Assembly (NCBI GenBank): GCA_036513415.1
Contig: DATBZA010000032.1
Coordinates: forward strand, 2,985-66,984
DNA length: 64,000 nt
Source of the DNA: Myxococcales bacterium
GTDB lineage: Bacteria; Myxococcota; Myxococcia; Myxococcales; 40CM-4-68-19
Direction: 5' to 3'
In this document: piece after piece, positions 1 to 9,505 of the stretch
Position numbering within the stretch: position 1 is the stretch's first letter
Layout: each line of letters begins with the position of its first letter
Translations under genes and position numbers: made by a program
Notes under the pieces: generated by a model
What the model was told of the DNA's origin: nothing
Databases searched by the model: none
Seen by the model: only the letters and a program-made list of their open reading frames with translations

Positions 1-505
1 CGAGGACGCGCTCGGCGCGAAGCTGCTCGCGCGCCCGGGCAAGCTGCTGGTATTCGGGCCGAAAGTCATGGCCCCAGGCCGAGATGCAATGCGCTTCGTC
101 GACCGCGAGCAGCGGGACCGTCAGCCCCGCCATGGCGGAGATGAACGAGGGCGACCTGAACCGCTCGGGGGCCACGTACACCAGCCGGTACTCACCGCGG
201 CGCAGCGCCGCCTGCCGCTCCTGCCGTTCGGACTCGGCGAGCGAGCTGTTGATGAAGGTGGCGGCGATTCCGCGGGCGCGCAGCGCGTCGACCTGGTCCT
301 TCATCAAGGCCACCAGCGGCGAGACCACCACCGTGGTGCCTTCGAGCAGCAGCGCCGGCAGCTGGTAGCAGAGGCTCTTGCCTCCTCCGGTGGGCAGGAT
401 GGCGATGGTGGGCCGGCCCGACAGGACCGAGCGGACGATGGCCTCCTGCCCCTTGCGGAACGCGTCGTACCCGAAATGCTGCCTCAACGCCTCGGACAGC
501 TCCAT
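1..505 (-). CDS. recQ: RecQ-family ATP-dependent DNA helicase (5' part; runs off window start)
   Basis: Not in ORF track; manual translation from ATG at 505: MELSEALRQHFGYDAFRKGQEAIVRSVLSGRPTIAILPTGGGKSLCYQLPALL...VVSPLVALMKDQV...YVAPERF...VDEAHCISAWGHDFRPEY; GGAGG RBS upstream. Confidence 0.95.
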   Translation of the reverse strand, partial: MELSEALRQHFGYDAFRKGQEAIVRSVLSGRPTIAILPTGGGKSLCYQLPALLLEGTTVVVSPLVALMKDQVDALRARGIAATFINSSLAESERQERQAALRRGEYRLVYVAPERFRSPSFISAMAGLTVPLLAVDEAHCISAWGHDFRPEYQQLARAREQLRAERVL

Positions 506-516
506 CTCCCTCCTCC

Positions 517-1212
517 TTACCCCACGCCGTCGCGCGGAACGAGCGAAACCGGATCGGGCGGAGCGCACGCTCCCTCCACCGCGCTGTGCACTCCGGACTC
601 GGCCAGCACCAGGTGATCGACGACGCGGACGGAGAGCGCGTGCCCGGCCTCGTCGAGCAGCAGCTGCAGCCTCTGGTCTTCCCCGGAGGGAGCGGGATCG
701 CCAGAAGGATGGTTGTGCACGAACGCGACCGCGGGCGCGCGGTGCACCAGCGCAGGCGCGAAGGCCTCCCGCGGGGAAACGGAGCACTGCGTCAGCCCCC
801 CGCGGGCGATCTGGACGCACCGGATCTCCTGGAGCCGCGCATTCATCAGGACGGCCCAGAACTCCTCGTGCGGCAAGTGCGCGAGCCGCGACCAGAGCAC
901 GGAGGCGACGTCCTGTGCGCGCAGCAGGCGCGGCCGCCCCGAAGCGGGCGCCAGCGCGACGCGGCGACCCAGCTCGAGGGCCGCGAGCACGCGCACCGCA
1001 AGCGCGGAGCTCATCCCTGGCTCCAACAGCAGCTCGCCCGCGCTGGCCCTGCGCAAGGCTGGCAGGCCGTGCGCGAGCAGGCGGCCGGCCAGGAGATCGT
1101 CCCGGGCGCCCAGCACGACGCGCAACAACTCCGCGTCCGAAAGCCCGGCCGCGCCCTCGCTCAGGATTCGTTCAGCGGGCACGATCCCCGCCCAGTGCAG
1201 CGCCTGTGCCAC
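517..1212 (-). CDS. radC: RadC/JAB domain protein
   Basis: N-terminal LSDAELL, HEEFW, HNHPSGDPAPSGED and DHLVL JAB motifs. Confidence 0.92.
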   Translation of the reverse strand: MAQALHWAGIVPAERILSEGAAGLSDAELLRVVLGARDDLLAGRLLAHGLPALRRASAGELLLEPGMSSALAVRVLAALELGRRVALAPASGRPRLLRAQDVASVLWSRLAHLPHEEFWAVLMNARLQEIRCVQIARGGLTQCSVSPREAFAPALVHRAPAVAFVHNHPSGDPAPSGEDQRLQLLLDEAGHALSVRVVDHLVLAESGVHSAVEGACAPPDPVSLVPRDGVG

Positions 1213-1267
1213 GCCACGCGCGAGCGGAGGGTGCCAGAACAGGACCCCGGGGACGCGACCCCCGGTC

Positions 1268-1729
1268 TCAGAACCGGGCGCTCAGCGCGAAGAACGCCTT
1301 GATCTTGTCGTTGGTCTCGCGCAGGCGCGCCGAGAGCGTGCGCACGAACGTCCAGAGCAGCTCGTAGGCCAGGTCCTTGTGCAGGAACATCAGCTCTTCC
1401 AGGTCGGCCTTCTGGATGACGTAGAGGGTACACGGCATGTGCGCCGTTGCGTCCGCGCTGCGCGGCGTGTCGTCGATCAACGCCATCTCGCCGAAGTAGC
1501 TGCCCGGCTCGAGGATCGCGAGCGCTTCCTCTCCCACTCCCGGGACCATCTTCGAGATCCGCACTTTGCCGGAGGCGATCAGGTACATCTCGGTGCCGAC
1601 CTCGCCCTCCTGGAAGATCTTCTCGTTCGCGCGCGCCTGCTTCTGGGCAGCGATGTGGGACACCTTTTCCAGGTGGTCGGCCGTCAGGTTCGCGAACAGG
1701 GGAATCTTCTTGAGCTGGGCGGGATCCAA
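1268..1729 (-). CDS. Stand-alone cyclic nucleotide-binding domain protein
   Basis: IFQEGE, FGEMAL...PRSADA cNMP-binding motifs; no HTH. Confidence 0.9.
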   Translation of the reverse strand: MDPAQLKKIPLFANLTADHLEKVSHIAAQKQARANEKIFQEGEVGTEMYLIASGKVRISKMVPGVGEEALAILEPGSYFGEMALIDDTPRSADATAHMPCTLYVIQKADLEELMFLHKDLAYELLWTFVRTLSARLRETNDKIKAFFALSARF

Positions 1730-1818
1730 GCGTCCCTCGTCTTGGGGACTGTAGCAGAAGCGCCAGGCAGGCGCCCCCCTTCCGGGTTACACTGCCCGCG
1801 CAATTGCAAGGAGATATC

Positions 1819-2751
1819 GTGGAGAAGCACCAGGTCGTCATCATCGGGTCGGGTCCAGCCGGGTACACCGCTGCGATCTACGCCGCCCGGGCCAACCTCA
1901 AGCCTGTCCTGTTCACCGGCCTGCAGCCTGGCGGGCAGCTCACCATCACTACCGACGTGGAGAACTATCCGGGCTTCCCGAAGGGGATCCTCGGCCCGGA
2001 GATGATGGAGCTCTTCCGCGCCCAGGCGGAGCGCTTCGGGACCACGATCATCGACGGCATGGTGACCAAGGTGAACCTCAAGAAGCGCCCCTTCCACATC
2101 GTCGGCGACGGTGCGCACGAGATGCTGGCCGAGACGGTGATCATCGCGACCGGCGCCTCGGCGAAGTGGCTCGACATTCCTTCCGAGAAGGCCCTCTCCG
2201 GCCACGGAGTCTCCGCCTGCGCCACCTGCGACGGCTTCTTCTTCCGGGGGAAGGAAGTCGGGGTGGTGGGCGGCGGCGACACGGCGATGGAGGAGGCCAA
2301 CTTCCTCGCCAAGATGGTCAACAAGGTGACGGTCATCCACCGCCGCGACGCGCTGCGGGCGAGCAAGGTGATGCAGCAGCGCGCGATGGCGAACCCGAAG
2401 ATCGGTTGGGCCTGGAACCAGGAGGTGACCCACGTCCTGGGCGACAAGCAAAGCGGAGTGCGCGGGGTGCGCACGCGCGACACGAATACCGGCGAGGTTC
2501 GCGAGCTGCCCATGGGTGGACTGTTCGTCGCCATCGGGCACGAGCCGAACACCGAGCTCTTCAAGGGCCAGCTGGAGATGGACGACGTCGGCTACATCAA
2601 GGTCAAGCCCGGCACCACCCAGACCTCGGTTCCAGGAGTATTCGCGTCGGGCGACGCGGCCGACCCCGTCTACCGGCAGGCGGTGACCGCCGCGGGGACC
2701 GGCTGCATGGCGGCCATCGACGCCGAGCGGTTCCTCAGCGGAGGACACTAG
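1819..2751 (+). CDS. trxB: Thioredoxin-disulfide reductase
   Basis: GSGPAG, CATCDG, GGGDTA motifs; GTG at 1819 follows AGGAGA RBS. Confidence 0.96.
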   Translation: MEKHQVVIIGSGPAGYTAAIYAARANLKPVLFTGLQPGGQLTITTDVENYPGFPKGILGPEMMELFRAQAERFGTTIIDGMVTKVNLKKRPFHIVGDGAHEMLAETVIIATGASAKWLDIPSEKALSGHGVSACATCDGFFFRGKEVGVVGGGDTAMEEANFLAKMVNKVTVIHRRDALRASKVMQQRAMANPKIGWAWNQEVTHVLGDKQSGVRGVRTRDTNTGEVRELPMGGLFVAIGHEPNTELFKGQLEMDDVGYIKVKPGTTQTSVPGVFASGDAADPVYRQAVTAAGTGCMAAIDAERFLSGGH

Positions 2752-2846
2752 CCCCGGCCACCGGAGGTGGCTCAGGGGCTACGCTTGAGCCTCAGACACG
2801 ACCGGCCGCCGCAACCAACCCAGGGGCTACGCTTGAGCCTCAGACG
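2749..2846. repeat. REP-like repeat family B, two units (48-bp period)
   Basis: tagccccggccaccggaggtggctcaggggcta hairpin; caggggctacgcttgagcctcagac occurs at 2773 and 2821. Confidence 0.85.
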
Positions 2847-2861
2847 CTACCTCCCGCCGGC

Positions 2862-3368
2862 CTACCGCGGCAGCTTGCGTGTGCGCGGCGGCGTCAGGGG
2901 CTGGTTGGGTCGCGGCTGGGGCGCTTCGTCCTCGCGGTTCCACTCGCCCGAGCGGCCGCCGCTCTTGTGCACCAGCCGCACCGAGACCACCTGCATTCCG
3001 CGGTCGTGGCGCTTGGCCATGTCGTAGAGCGTGAGCGCCGCCGCCATCGCGGCAGTGAGCGCTTCCATCTCCACCCCGGTCCGCTCCACCGCGTGGACCC
3101 GGGCCTCGATGCGAACCACCCCCGCGCTCTCGTCGCAGGCCACGTCCACGTCGGCGCCGGCGAGGACGATCGGATGGCACAGCGGCAAGATGTCCGGCGT
3201 CCGCTTCGCCGCCATGATGCCGGCGAGGCGGGCCGCCGCCAGCGCGTCGCCCTTCTCGAGCCGCCCCTCGTTCAGCAGCTTCAGCGTCTCCCGCGAGCAA
3301 CGCAGCTCGGCCCGCGCGATCGCCACTCGCGAGGTCTTGTCCTTCTCCGCGATGTCGATCATCTTCAT
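2862..3368 (-). CDS. moaC: Cyclic pyranopterin monophosphate synthase
   Basis: MIDIAEK, KGD, LPLCH, TGVEMEAL, YDMAK, KSGG motifs. Confidence 0.95.
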   Translation of the reverse strand: MKMIDIAEKDKTSRVAIARAELRCSRETLKLLNEGRLEKGDALAAARLAGIMAAKRTPDILPLCHPIVLAGADVDVACDESAGVVRIEARVHAVERTGVEMEALTAAMAAALTLYDMAKRHDRGMQVVSVRLVHKSGGRSGEWNREDEAPQPRPNQPLTPPRTRKLPR

Positions 3369-3377
3369 ACGGAGAGT

Positions 3378-4646
3378 TTACAGTCCGCGATCGCGGAGCT
3401 GCTCGTCATCCTCCCCGTTCAGGTGACCGACCTCGTGCATGAGCGTGTCGCGAACTTCGCGCCTCAGCTCGTCGTCGTTGTGGGCGGCGCGGGACAGGTT
3501 GCGGCGATACAGAAGGATGGTCGGCCTCGCGTCCGTGGCCGTGCTCTCCGGCGGAGGCCGGAAGAGGCCGAGGATGCCTGGAGAGAGCGGAGGATCGGTG
3601 GCGACGAGGTCGCTGACCTCCGGCAGGTCCTTGACCTCGAAGTGGGCGCGCGCGAGCCCGGCCTTGATCGCCGGCGGCAGCTTCTCCATCTCCTCCTGGA
3701 CGATCTTCTGGAACACGCTCCGCGGAGCCTGGGCGGTGGGCTTGAAGGCGTCGGGATCGAGATTGCGCGCGCGGGCAAAATGCGCGGCCGCTGCCACGTC
3801 GTCGCCCGCCCGCTCGGCGATCAGCCCCAGGTAATGCTCGGCCCAGGCGTCAGGCACTTCGTTGGCCAGCCGGGACAGCTCGGACCTCGCCTGGTCGAAG
3901 CGGCAGAGCTCGAACAGCGCCACGCCCTTCTCGCGCCGCGCCTCGCGATCCTTCGGCTCGTATTCGAGCGCCTTGGTCGCCGCCGCGAGGGCGCCCGCGG
4001 GCCGGCCCAGGTCGTCGAGCGCCATCGCCTGCAGCAGGTGGAGCTCCTTGATCAGCGAGCGGTCGCGGCCCTTCTGGGCGCGGGGCAGCGCACGCTTCAC
4101 GTACTGCAGGGCCAACTCGAGATCGTCGCGTGACCCGAGCCGGCGCACGTGGAGGTCGGCGCTGGAGCGCAGCACCTCGGGATCGTCCGGGTCTATCGCC
4201 AGCGCCCGCGCGAAGGCTGTGCGCGCCTCCTCGACGTGGCCCAGCTCGGCGAGCGCAGCGCCGCGAAAGTGGTGAGCCGCCACGCTGCTCCCGTCCGTCC
4301 GGGTGGCCTCGCGGGCGCACTCCAGGGCGTCCTCGTAGCGGCCCTTCTCGAAGTCGCGCGCCGCCTGCTCCAGGAGATCCGGGAGCGCCGGATCGCGTCC
4401 GCCCGCCGTGACCACGCAAGGGGCCGCGGGCGGATGCGGTTGTGGCCGCGTATCGGCCGGCGGGGCGTCGAGTGGCTTGGCGATCGACGCTGAGGGCCCA
4501 CCCGCGACGGTAGCCTTCTGGACTGGCACGGCGGCATTCGTCGCGCTTGCCTGCTTGTGGCACGCAGCGAGGGCGACTGCGGTCGCGGCGAACAAGAACA
4601 CCCGGTGGCAGCAACGCATCTCTGTCATCGCTGGCTTGTCCAACAC
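3378..4646 (-). CDS. Lipoprotein with TPR repeats and C-terminal zincin-like metallopeptidase
   Basis: Lipobox LAAC, TPR-like helices, C-terminal ILLYRRN...HEVGH; start codon uncertain (4646, 4628 or 4619). Confidence 0.8.
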   Translation of the reverse strand: MLDKPAMTEMRCCHRVFLFAATAVALAACHKQASATNAAVPVQKATVAGGPSASIAKPLDAPPADTRPQPHPPAAPCVVTAGGRDPALPDLLEQAARDFEKGRYEDALECAREATRTDGSSVAAHHFRGAALAELGHVEEARTAFARALAIDPDDPEVLRSSADLHVRRLGSRDDLELALQYVKRALPRAQKGRDRSLIKELHLLQAMALDDLGRPAGALAAATKALEYEPKDREARREKGVALFELCRFDQARSELSRLANEVPDAWAEHYLGLIAERAGDDVAAAAHFARARNLDPDAFKPTAQAPRSVFQKIVQEEMEKLPPAIKAGLARAHFEVKDLPEVSDLVATDPPLSPGILGLFRPPPESTATDARPTILLYRRNLSRAAHNDDELRREVRDTLMHEVGHLNGEDDEQLRDRGL

Positions 4647-4854
4647 GCGGCCTCAGCCTCCGCCTTCCCGATGAACGGCCCAGTTAGCACCCACACGGTA
4701 CCACACGGCGACCGGCCGGGCAGGCCCTCGCTCTACAGTCTGTCCGGCATTGCGCCCGCGCTCAAGTTCCCGTTCACCTGCAACGCGACCACACGCTCGC
4801 CCAGGCGGCCAGCCAGCCGGGCCGCGCCGCCGGAGTGGGCGGATCTTCGAGCGC

Positions 4855-5616
4855 CTACGATTTGAGGAAGCCCAGCGGTCCTTCCCAGAGCACGCGCCGG
4901 CGGAGACCCGCGGTCAGGCCCGCCGCCTTCAGGGCTTCATCGGCTTTCGGCAGCGCGAGCAGGTCCGTGGCGCCCTCGCCGATGTCGCTGGTCAGCACGA
5001 TCCGCTCGGCGCCATGGCGCGAGATCAACCCGGCCGCGGCCTCGGCTTCGAAGAGCCCCGGCTGCAGGGTCAGCCCGCACCAGCAGCCCATTCCCCGGGC
5101 GAGCGCAAACGTCTCCGGGCTGACGTGATCCACCAGCACGCGCGAGGGATCGAGCGGGGAGCCCTTGAGCAAGGCGAGCATGCGCCGCGTGCGCGCGGGC
5201 TTTTCCCGGTCGGGCGTGTGGACGATCGCGGGCCTGCGCAGCTGTGCGGCCAGCTCCAGTTGCCGGGAGAAGATCTCTTCCTCCCGCTCTCCACCCTGGT
5301 CGAGGCCGAGCTCGCCCAACGCCACGACGTGCGGATCGTCGAAGTAATGCGGCAGCCGCTGCAGAAGATCGTCGACGCCGTGCCAGGGAAGGCGCGCAGG
5401 ATGAACCGCGAGAGCCACCATGGGCCGGATACCGGCCTGCTCGAGGCGCTGCGCCTGCACCCCGACCAGCTCGTCCCAGTGCCGCCGCAGGGCAGCAGCG
5501 CTTCCCGCACCGGCGTCTCGCGCGCAGGTGACCGCCGCCTTGACGCCGAAATATGCGAGGGTAGCGAGATCCGGATCAGGGATCCCATCGGCATGAAGAT
5601 GGAGATCGACGAACAT
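4855..5616 (-). CDS. TatD-family metal-dependent hydrolase
   Basis: DLHLH, GELGLD, IVHTP, DH, TSD motifs; start placed at MFVDLHLH. Confidence 0.82.
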   Translation of the reverse strand: MFVDLHLHADGIPDPDLATLAYFGVKAAVTCARDAGAGSAAALRRHWDELVGVQAQRLEQAGIRPMVALAVHPARLPWHGVDDLLQRLPHYFDDPHVVALGELGLDQGGEREEEIFSRQLELAAQLRRPAIVHTPDREKPARTRRMLALLKGSPLDPSRVLVDHVSPETFALARGMGCWCGLTLQPGLFEAEAAAGLISRHGAERIVLTSDIGEGATDLLALPKADEALKAAGLTAGLRRRVLWEGPLGFLKS

Positions 5617-5701
5617 TGCCGCGACGGTAACATGTGCCATGGACTTGGCAGGAGGTGTTCGACTGCCTACCAAACCGGGACACCTGCGCAAGGGGAGGGC
5701 C

Positions 5702-7108
5702 TTGTCGAGCGCTGGACAGAAGATTGCCGCCGTCGTGCTCGCCGCGGGCAAGGGCACGCGGATGAAGTCGGACAAGGCCAAGGTGCTGCATGAGGCCTGC
5801 GGCCGCCCCCTGGCGTTCTTTCCCATCCGGACGGCGCTGGCCCTGGATGCTTCGCCCGTCGTGGTCGTGGTGGGCCACCAGGCCGCCGCCGTCGAGCAAG
5901 AGCTGTCGCGGCAGTTCTCCGGCGCTCCCATCCGCTTCGCCCTGCAGTCCGAGCAGCTCGGGACGGGACATGCGGTGCTGTGCGCGGAGGAGGCGCTCCG
6001 GGGCTTCGAAGGGAGCGTCCTGATCCTCGCCGCCGACGTTCCGTTGATCCGGCCCGGAACGTTGCAGAAGCTGGTGGCTGCCAGGCAGGGCGCGGACGTG
6101 GCGTTGATCAGCTTCCGGGCAGGGGATCCGAAGGGCTATGGGCGCATCGTACGGCGGTCCGACGGAACGGTGGCCCGGGTGGTGGAAGAAAAGGACGCCT
6201 CGGCCGAGGAGCGGAAGATCGCCGAGGTGAATGCCAGCATCTACCTGGCGGACGCGCGGTTCCTGTTCACGGCGCTGCGCAGCGTGGGCCGCAGCAACGC
6301 GCAGGGCGAGTACTATCTGACCGACATCGTCGCCAGGGGCCGCGCGGTCGCGGTCGAGGCGGAGGAGACTGAAGTGTCCGGCATCAACGATCGCGCGCAG
6401 CTCGCCAGGAGCGCGGCGCAGCTTCGCGAGCGGCGCAATGCGCAACTGATGAAGGACGGCGTGACGCTGGTCGATCCGTCGGTCACCTACGTCGACGAAG
6501 GGATCGAAGTCGGCGCAGACAGCGTGCTCGAGCCGATGGTCTCGCTGCGGGGGAAGACGCGGGTCGGGCGGCGGGTCCAGATCGGCCAGGGATGTGTGAT
6601 TGTCGACAGCGTGATCGCCGACGGCGCCACGATCCTGCCCTACTGCCACCTGAACGGCGCAACCATCGGGCCAGACGCAAGTGTAGGCCCGTTTGCGCGG
6701 CTCCGGCCCGGTGCACAGCTTGCCGAGCAGGCGCGCGTGGGAAACTTCGTGGAGCTGAAGAAGACCGTGCTCGGCAAGGGCAGCAAGGCCAGCCACTTGA
6801 CGTACCTGGGGGACGCGGTGATCGGGGAGGGGTGCAACATCGGCGCCGGCACCATCACCTGCAACTACGACGGCAAGAGCAAGCACGTCACCACCATCGA
6901 AGACGGCGTGTTCGTCGGCAGCGACACGCAGCTGGTCGCGCCGGTGACCGTGCACAAGGGGGCGTACGTGGGCTCCGGCACGACCGTGCGGGAGGACGTT
7001 CCGGCGGGTGCGCTGGCGGTCAGCGCCGGCAAGCAGCGCAATATCGAGGGCTGGGTCGAAAAGAAGGCGCCGCGGAAGGCGCCGAAGAAGGATTCGGGAG
7101 AGCCATAA
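5702..7108 (+). CDS. glmU: Bifunctional UDP-GlcNAc pyrophosphorylase/glucosamine-1-P acetyltransferase
   Basis: LAAGKGTRMKS, EQLGTGHA, EYYLTD, hexapeptide repeats, CNYDG; TTG start at 5702 after GGGGAGG is tentative. Confidence 0.95.
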   Translation: MSSAGQKIAAVVLAAGKGTRMKSDKAKVLHEACGRPLAFFPIRTALALDASPVVVVVGHQAAAVEQELSRQFSGAPIRFALQSEQLGTGHAVLCAEEALRGFEGSVLILAADVPLIRPGTLQKLVAARQGADVALISFRAGDPKGYGRIVRRSDGTVARVVEEKDASAEERKIAEVNASIYLADARFLFTALRSVGRSNAQGEYYLTDIVARGRAVAVEAEETEVSGINDRAQLARSAAQLRERRNAQLMKDGVTLVDPSVTYVDEGIEVGADSVLEPMVSLRGKTRVGRRVQIGQGCVIVDSVIADGATILPYCHLNGATIGPDASVGPFARLRPGAQLAEQARVGNFVELKKTVLGKGSKASHLTYLGDAVIGEGCNIGAGTITCNYDGKSKHVTTIEDGVFVGSDTQLVAPVTVHKGAYVGSGTTVREDVPAGALAVSAGKQRNIEGWVEKKAPRKAPKKDSGEP

Positions 7109-7110
7109 GC

Positions 7111-8958
7111 ATGTGCGGCATCGTGGGATACGTGGGCGACGAGGAATGCGCGGGGCTGCTGGTCGCCGGCCTGCGCAAGCTGGAGTATCGCGGGTACGAT
7201 TCGGCCGGCGTCGCGGTGCTCGGCGACAAGGGCCTGTCGGTGGTGCGGGCCAAGGGGAAGCTCGCCAATCTCGAGAAGCTGCTCGGCGTCTCGATGCCCA
7301 AGGGCGCCACCGGAATCGGCCACACCCGCTGGGCCACGCACGGCAAGCCCTCCGACGAGAACGCGCATCCTCACAAGTACGGGGGCGTGGCGGTGGTCCA
7401 CAACGGCATCATCGAGAACCACCTCGAGCTCAAGGAGGCCCTCGCCAAGGCCGGGCACAAGTTCAGCTCGGAGACCGACACCGAGATCTTCGCGCACCTG
7501 ATCCAGCTGGAGATCGAGAAGGGGCTGCGGCTGCCCGACGCGGTGCGCGCGGCGCTCCGGAACGTGAAGGGAACGTACGCGCTGGCGGTGGTCTCGGAGA
7601 AGTTCCCCGACATGCTGGTGGTCTCGAAGAACGCGAGCCCGCTGGTGGTGGGGCTTGGGGAGCACTGCAACTTCGTCGCCTCCGACGTGCCCGCGATCCT
7701 CGCGCACACCCGCGACGTCATCTACCTCGAGGAAGGGGACTTCGCGGTCATCACCAAGCAGGGGGTGGAGCTGACCGACAACGCCGGGCACAAGCTCGCG
7801 CGCGGCGTGAAGCGGATCGACTGGACGCCCACCATGGCCGAGAAGAACGGCCACAAGCACTTCATGCACAAGGAGATCCACGAGCAGGCGCGCGCGCTCA
7901 CCGATACCATCCGCGGCCGCGCCAGCGTGGAGGAGGGCGACGTCTACCTCGACGGCTGCCGCCTGGACGCGAAGGCGGTGGCGAAGCTCACCAAGGTCTC
8001 CATCGTCGCCTGCGGGACGAGCTGGCACGCCTCGCTCACCGGCAAGCTGATGATCGAGACGCTGGCGAGGCTCCCGGTCGAGGTGGACCTGGCGAGCGAG
8101 TTCCGCTACCGCCAGCCGTTGGTCGACCGCGACACCCTCTGCATCGCGGTCTCGCAGTCCGGCGAGACGGCGGACACCCTGGGCAGCTTCCGCGAGGCCA
8201 AGGCGCGCGGCGCCCGCGGTCTCGCCATCTGCAACGTGGTCGGCAGCGCCATCGCGCGCGAGGCGGAAGACGTCCTCTACACGCACGCCGGCCCGGAGAT
8301 CGGCGTCGCCTCCACCAAGGCGTTCACCACCCAGCTGGCCGCGTTCTTCCTGCTGGCGGTCCGGTTGGGGCGGCTCCGCGGCACGCTCTCGGCGCAGGAG
8401 GCGCAGAAGCACTTGCAGGCGCTCAACGAGGTCCCGATGCTGGTGGAGCGCGTCCTCAAGTACGAGGAGGCGATCCGGCAGGCCGCCTACAAGTTCAGCC
8501 AGGCGCGCGATCTCCTCTTCCTCGGGCGCGGCCCGCAGTATCCGGTGGCGCTCGAGGGAGCGCTCAAGCTCAAGGAGATCTCCTACATCCACGCCGAGGG
8601 CTACGCGGCGGGCGAGATGAAGCACGGCCCGATCGCGCTCATCGACGAGAACATGCCGGTGATGGTGCTCGCGCCGCGCGACTCTTCGACCGAGGCAGGC
8701 GTGAACTACGAGAAGATCCTCGGCAACATCCAGGAAGTCCGCGCCCGCGGCGGCCGCGTCATCGCCATCCACTCGGAGGGCGACACCAAGGTCCCCACCC
8801 TGGCGGAAGCGGCCATCCCCTGCCCGCAGACCAATCCGTTGCTGATGCCGATCATCTCGGTGATCCCGACCCAGCTGTTCAGCTATCACGTGGCGGACCA
8901 CCGCGGCACCGACGTCGATCAGCCTCGAAACCTGGCCAAGTCCGTAACGGTCGAATAA
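7111..8958 (+). CDS. glmS: Glutamine-fructose-6-phosphate transaminase
   Basis: MCGIVG start, HTRWATHG, SQSGET, C-terminal DQPRNLAKSVTVE. Confidence 0.98.
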   Translation: MCGIVGYVGDEECAGLLVAGLRKLEYRGYDSAGVAVLGDKGLSVVRAKGKLANLEKLLGVSMPKGATGIGHTRWATHGKPSDENAHPHKYGGVAVVHNGIIENHLELKEALAKAGHKFSSETDTEIFAHLIQLEIEKGLRLPDAVRAALRNVKGTYALAVVSEKFPDMLVVSKNASPLVVGLGEHCNFVASDVPAILAHTRDVIYLEEGDFAVITKQGVELTDNAGHKLARGVKRIDWTPTMAEKNGHKHFMHKEIHEQARALTDTIRGRASVEEGDVYLDGCRLDAKAVAKLTKVSIVACGTSWHASLTGKLMIETLARLPVEVDLASEFRYRQPLVDRDTLCIAVSQSGETADTLGSFREAKARGARGLAICNVVGSAIAREAEDVLYTHAGPEIGVASTKAFTTQLAAFFLLAVRLGRLRGTLSAQEAQKHLQALNEVPMLVERVLKYEEAIRQAAYKFSQARDLLFLGRGPQYPVALEGALKLKEISYIHAEGYAAGEMKHGPIALIDENMPVMVLAPRDSSTEAGVNYEKILGNIQEVRARGGRVIAIHSEGDTKVPTLAEAAIPCPQTNPLLMPIISVIPTQLFSYHVADHRGTDVDQPRNLAKSVTVE

Positions 8959-8959
8959 C

Positions 8960-9417
8960 GCTTCAGATCAACCGCAGAGCGCGCTGAGCGCGCAGAGGTT
9001 TCATTTTGGGAGGGTATTCGCGACCCTGCGTATGCCCTCCTTCAATTGCGGGACGTTGAAATTGATCAGCAGCCCGAGCTGATGGCCGGACAACTTCAGA
9101 TAAGAAAGCATCTGAGAGAGGTGAACCCGATCCAACCGCTCGACAGCCTTGAGCTCGAGGATCAAGGAGCGTTCGACCACCAGATCGAGTCGGTAACCCA
9201 CGTCGAGCCGCTGCCCTTTGTACACGATCGGCAGGACCTTCTGTCGCTCCACGAGGAGTCCTGCGTTCACGAGTTCCTGAGTCAGACAGGCCTCGTAAGC
9301 GGATTCGAGCATTCCCGGCCCGAGGTGGCGATGCACCTCGATCGCGGCGCCGATCACTTGCCGCGTCAAACCAAAAAACCTCTGCGCGCTCTGAGCGCTC
9401 TGCGGTTGATCTGAAGC
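8960..9417. mobile_element. Putative element A1: GxxExxY gene bounded by 42-bp inverted repeats
   Basis: 8960-9001 gcttcagatcaaccgcagagcgcgctgagcgcgcagaggttt versus reverse complement of 9376-9417: 40/42 identical; no target-site duplication seen; mobility is inference. Confidence 0.65.
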
Positions 9418-9426
9418 CTGTACCAT
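9001..9426 (-). CDS. GxxExxY family protein (PD-(D/E)XK-like nuclease)
   Basis: IGAAIEVHRHLGPGMLESAYEACL signature; RLDLVVERSLILELK; QMLSYL; GLLINFN; start ATG 9426 or TTG 9369. Confidence 0.93.
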   Translation of the reverse strand: MVQASDQPQSAQSAQRFFGLTRQVIGAAIEVHRHLGPGMLESAYEACLTQELVNAGLLVERQKVLPIVYKGQRLDVGYRLDLVVERSLILELKAVERLDRVHLSQMLSYLKLSGHQLGLLINFNVPQLKEGIRRVANTLPK

Positions 9427-9505
9427 TCTGGTACCCCCTCGGTCTCTCGCGGGACTTCGCTGCAAGAACTCGACCGGGAGTTGGCGGGCGCGGTAGAAGC
9501 GGGCA

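Noticed and set aside
517-1212. radC as marker of a mobile element
   Set aside because: Full-length chromosomal type in housekeeping context with no mobility genes nearby.
4690-4800. Cobalamin or Moco riboswitch on minus strand
   Set aside because: Only scattered short matches (gggaa, actgta, cctgcc); conserved core and spacing not recoverable.
9001-9375. Non-coding A interiors as deletion derivatives of the GxxExxY gene
   Set aside because: Only very short matches (tcattttggg, gatcac) near the arms; too weak to claim without an alignment test.
8950-9430. Classical IS element with target-site duplication
   Set aside because: No DDE transposase motif and no duplicated flanks (ataac | ctgta); retained instead as a non-classical candidate.
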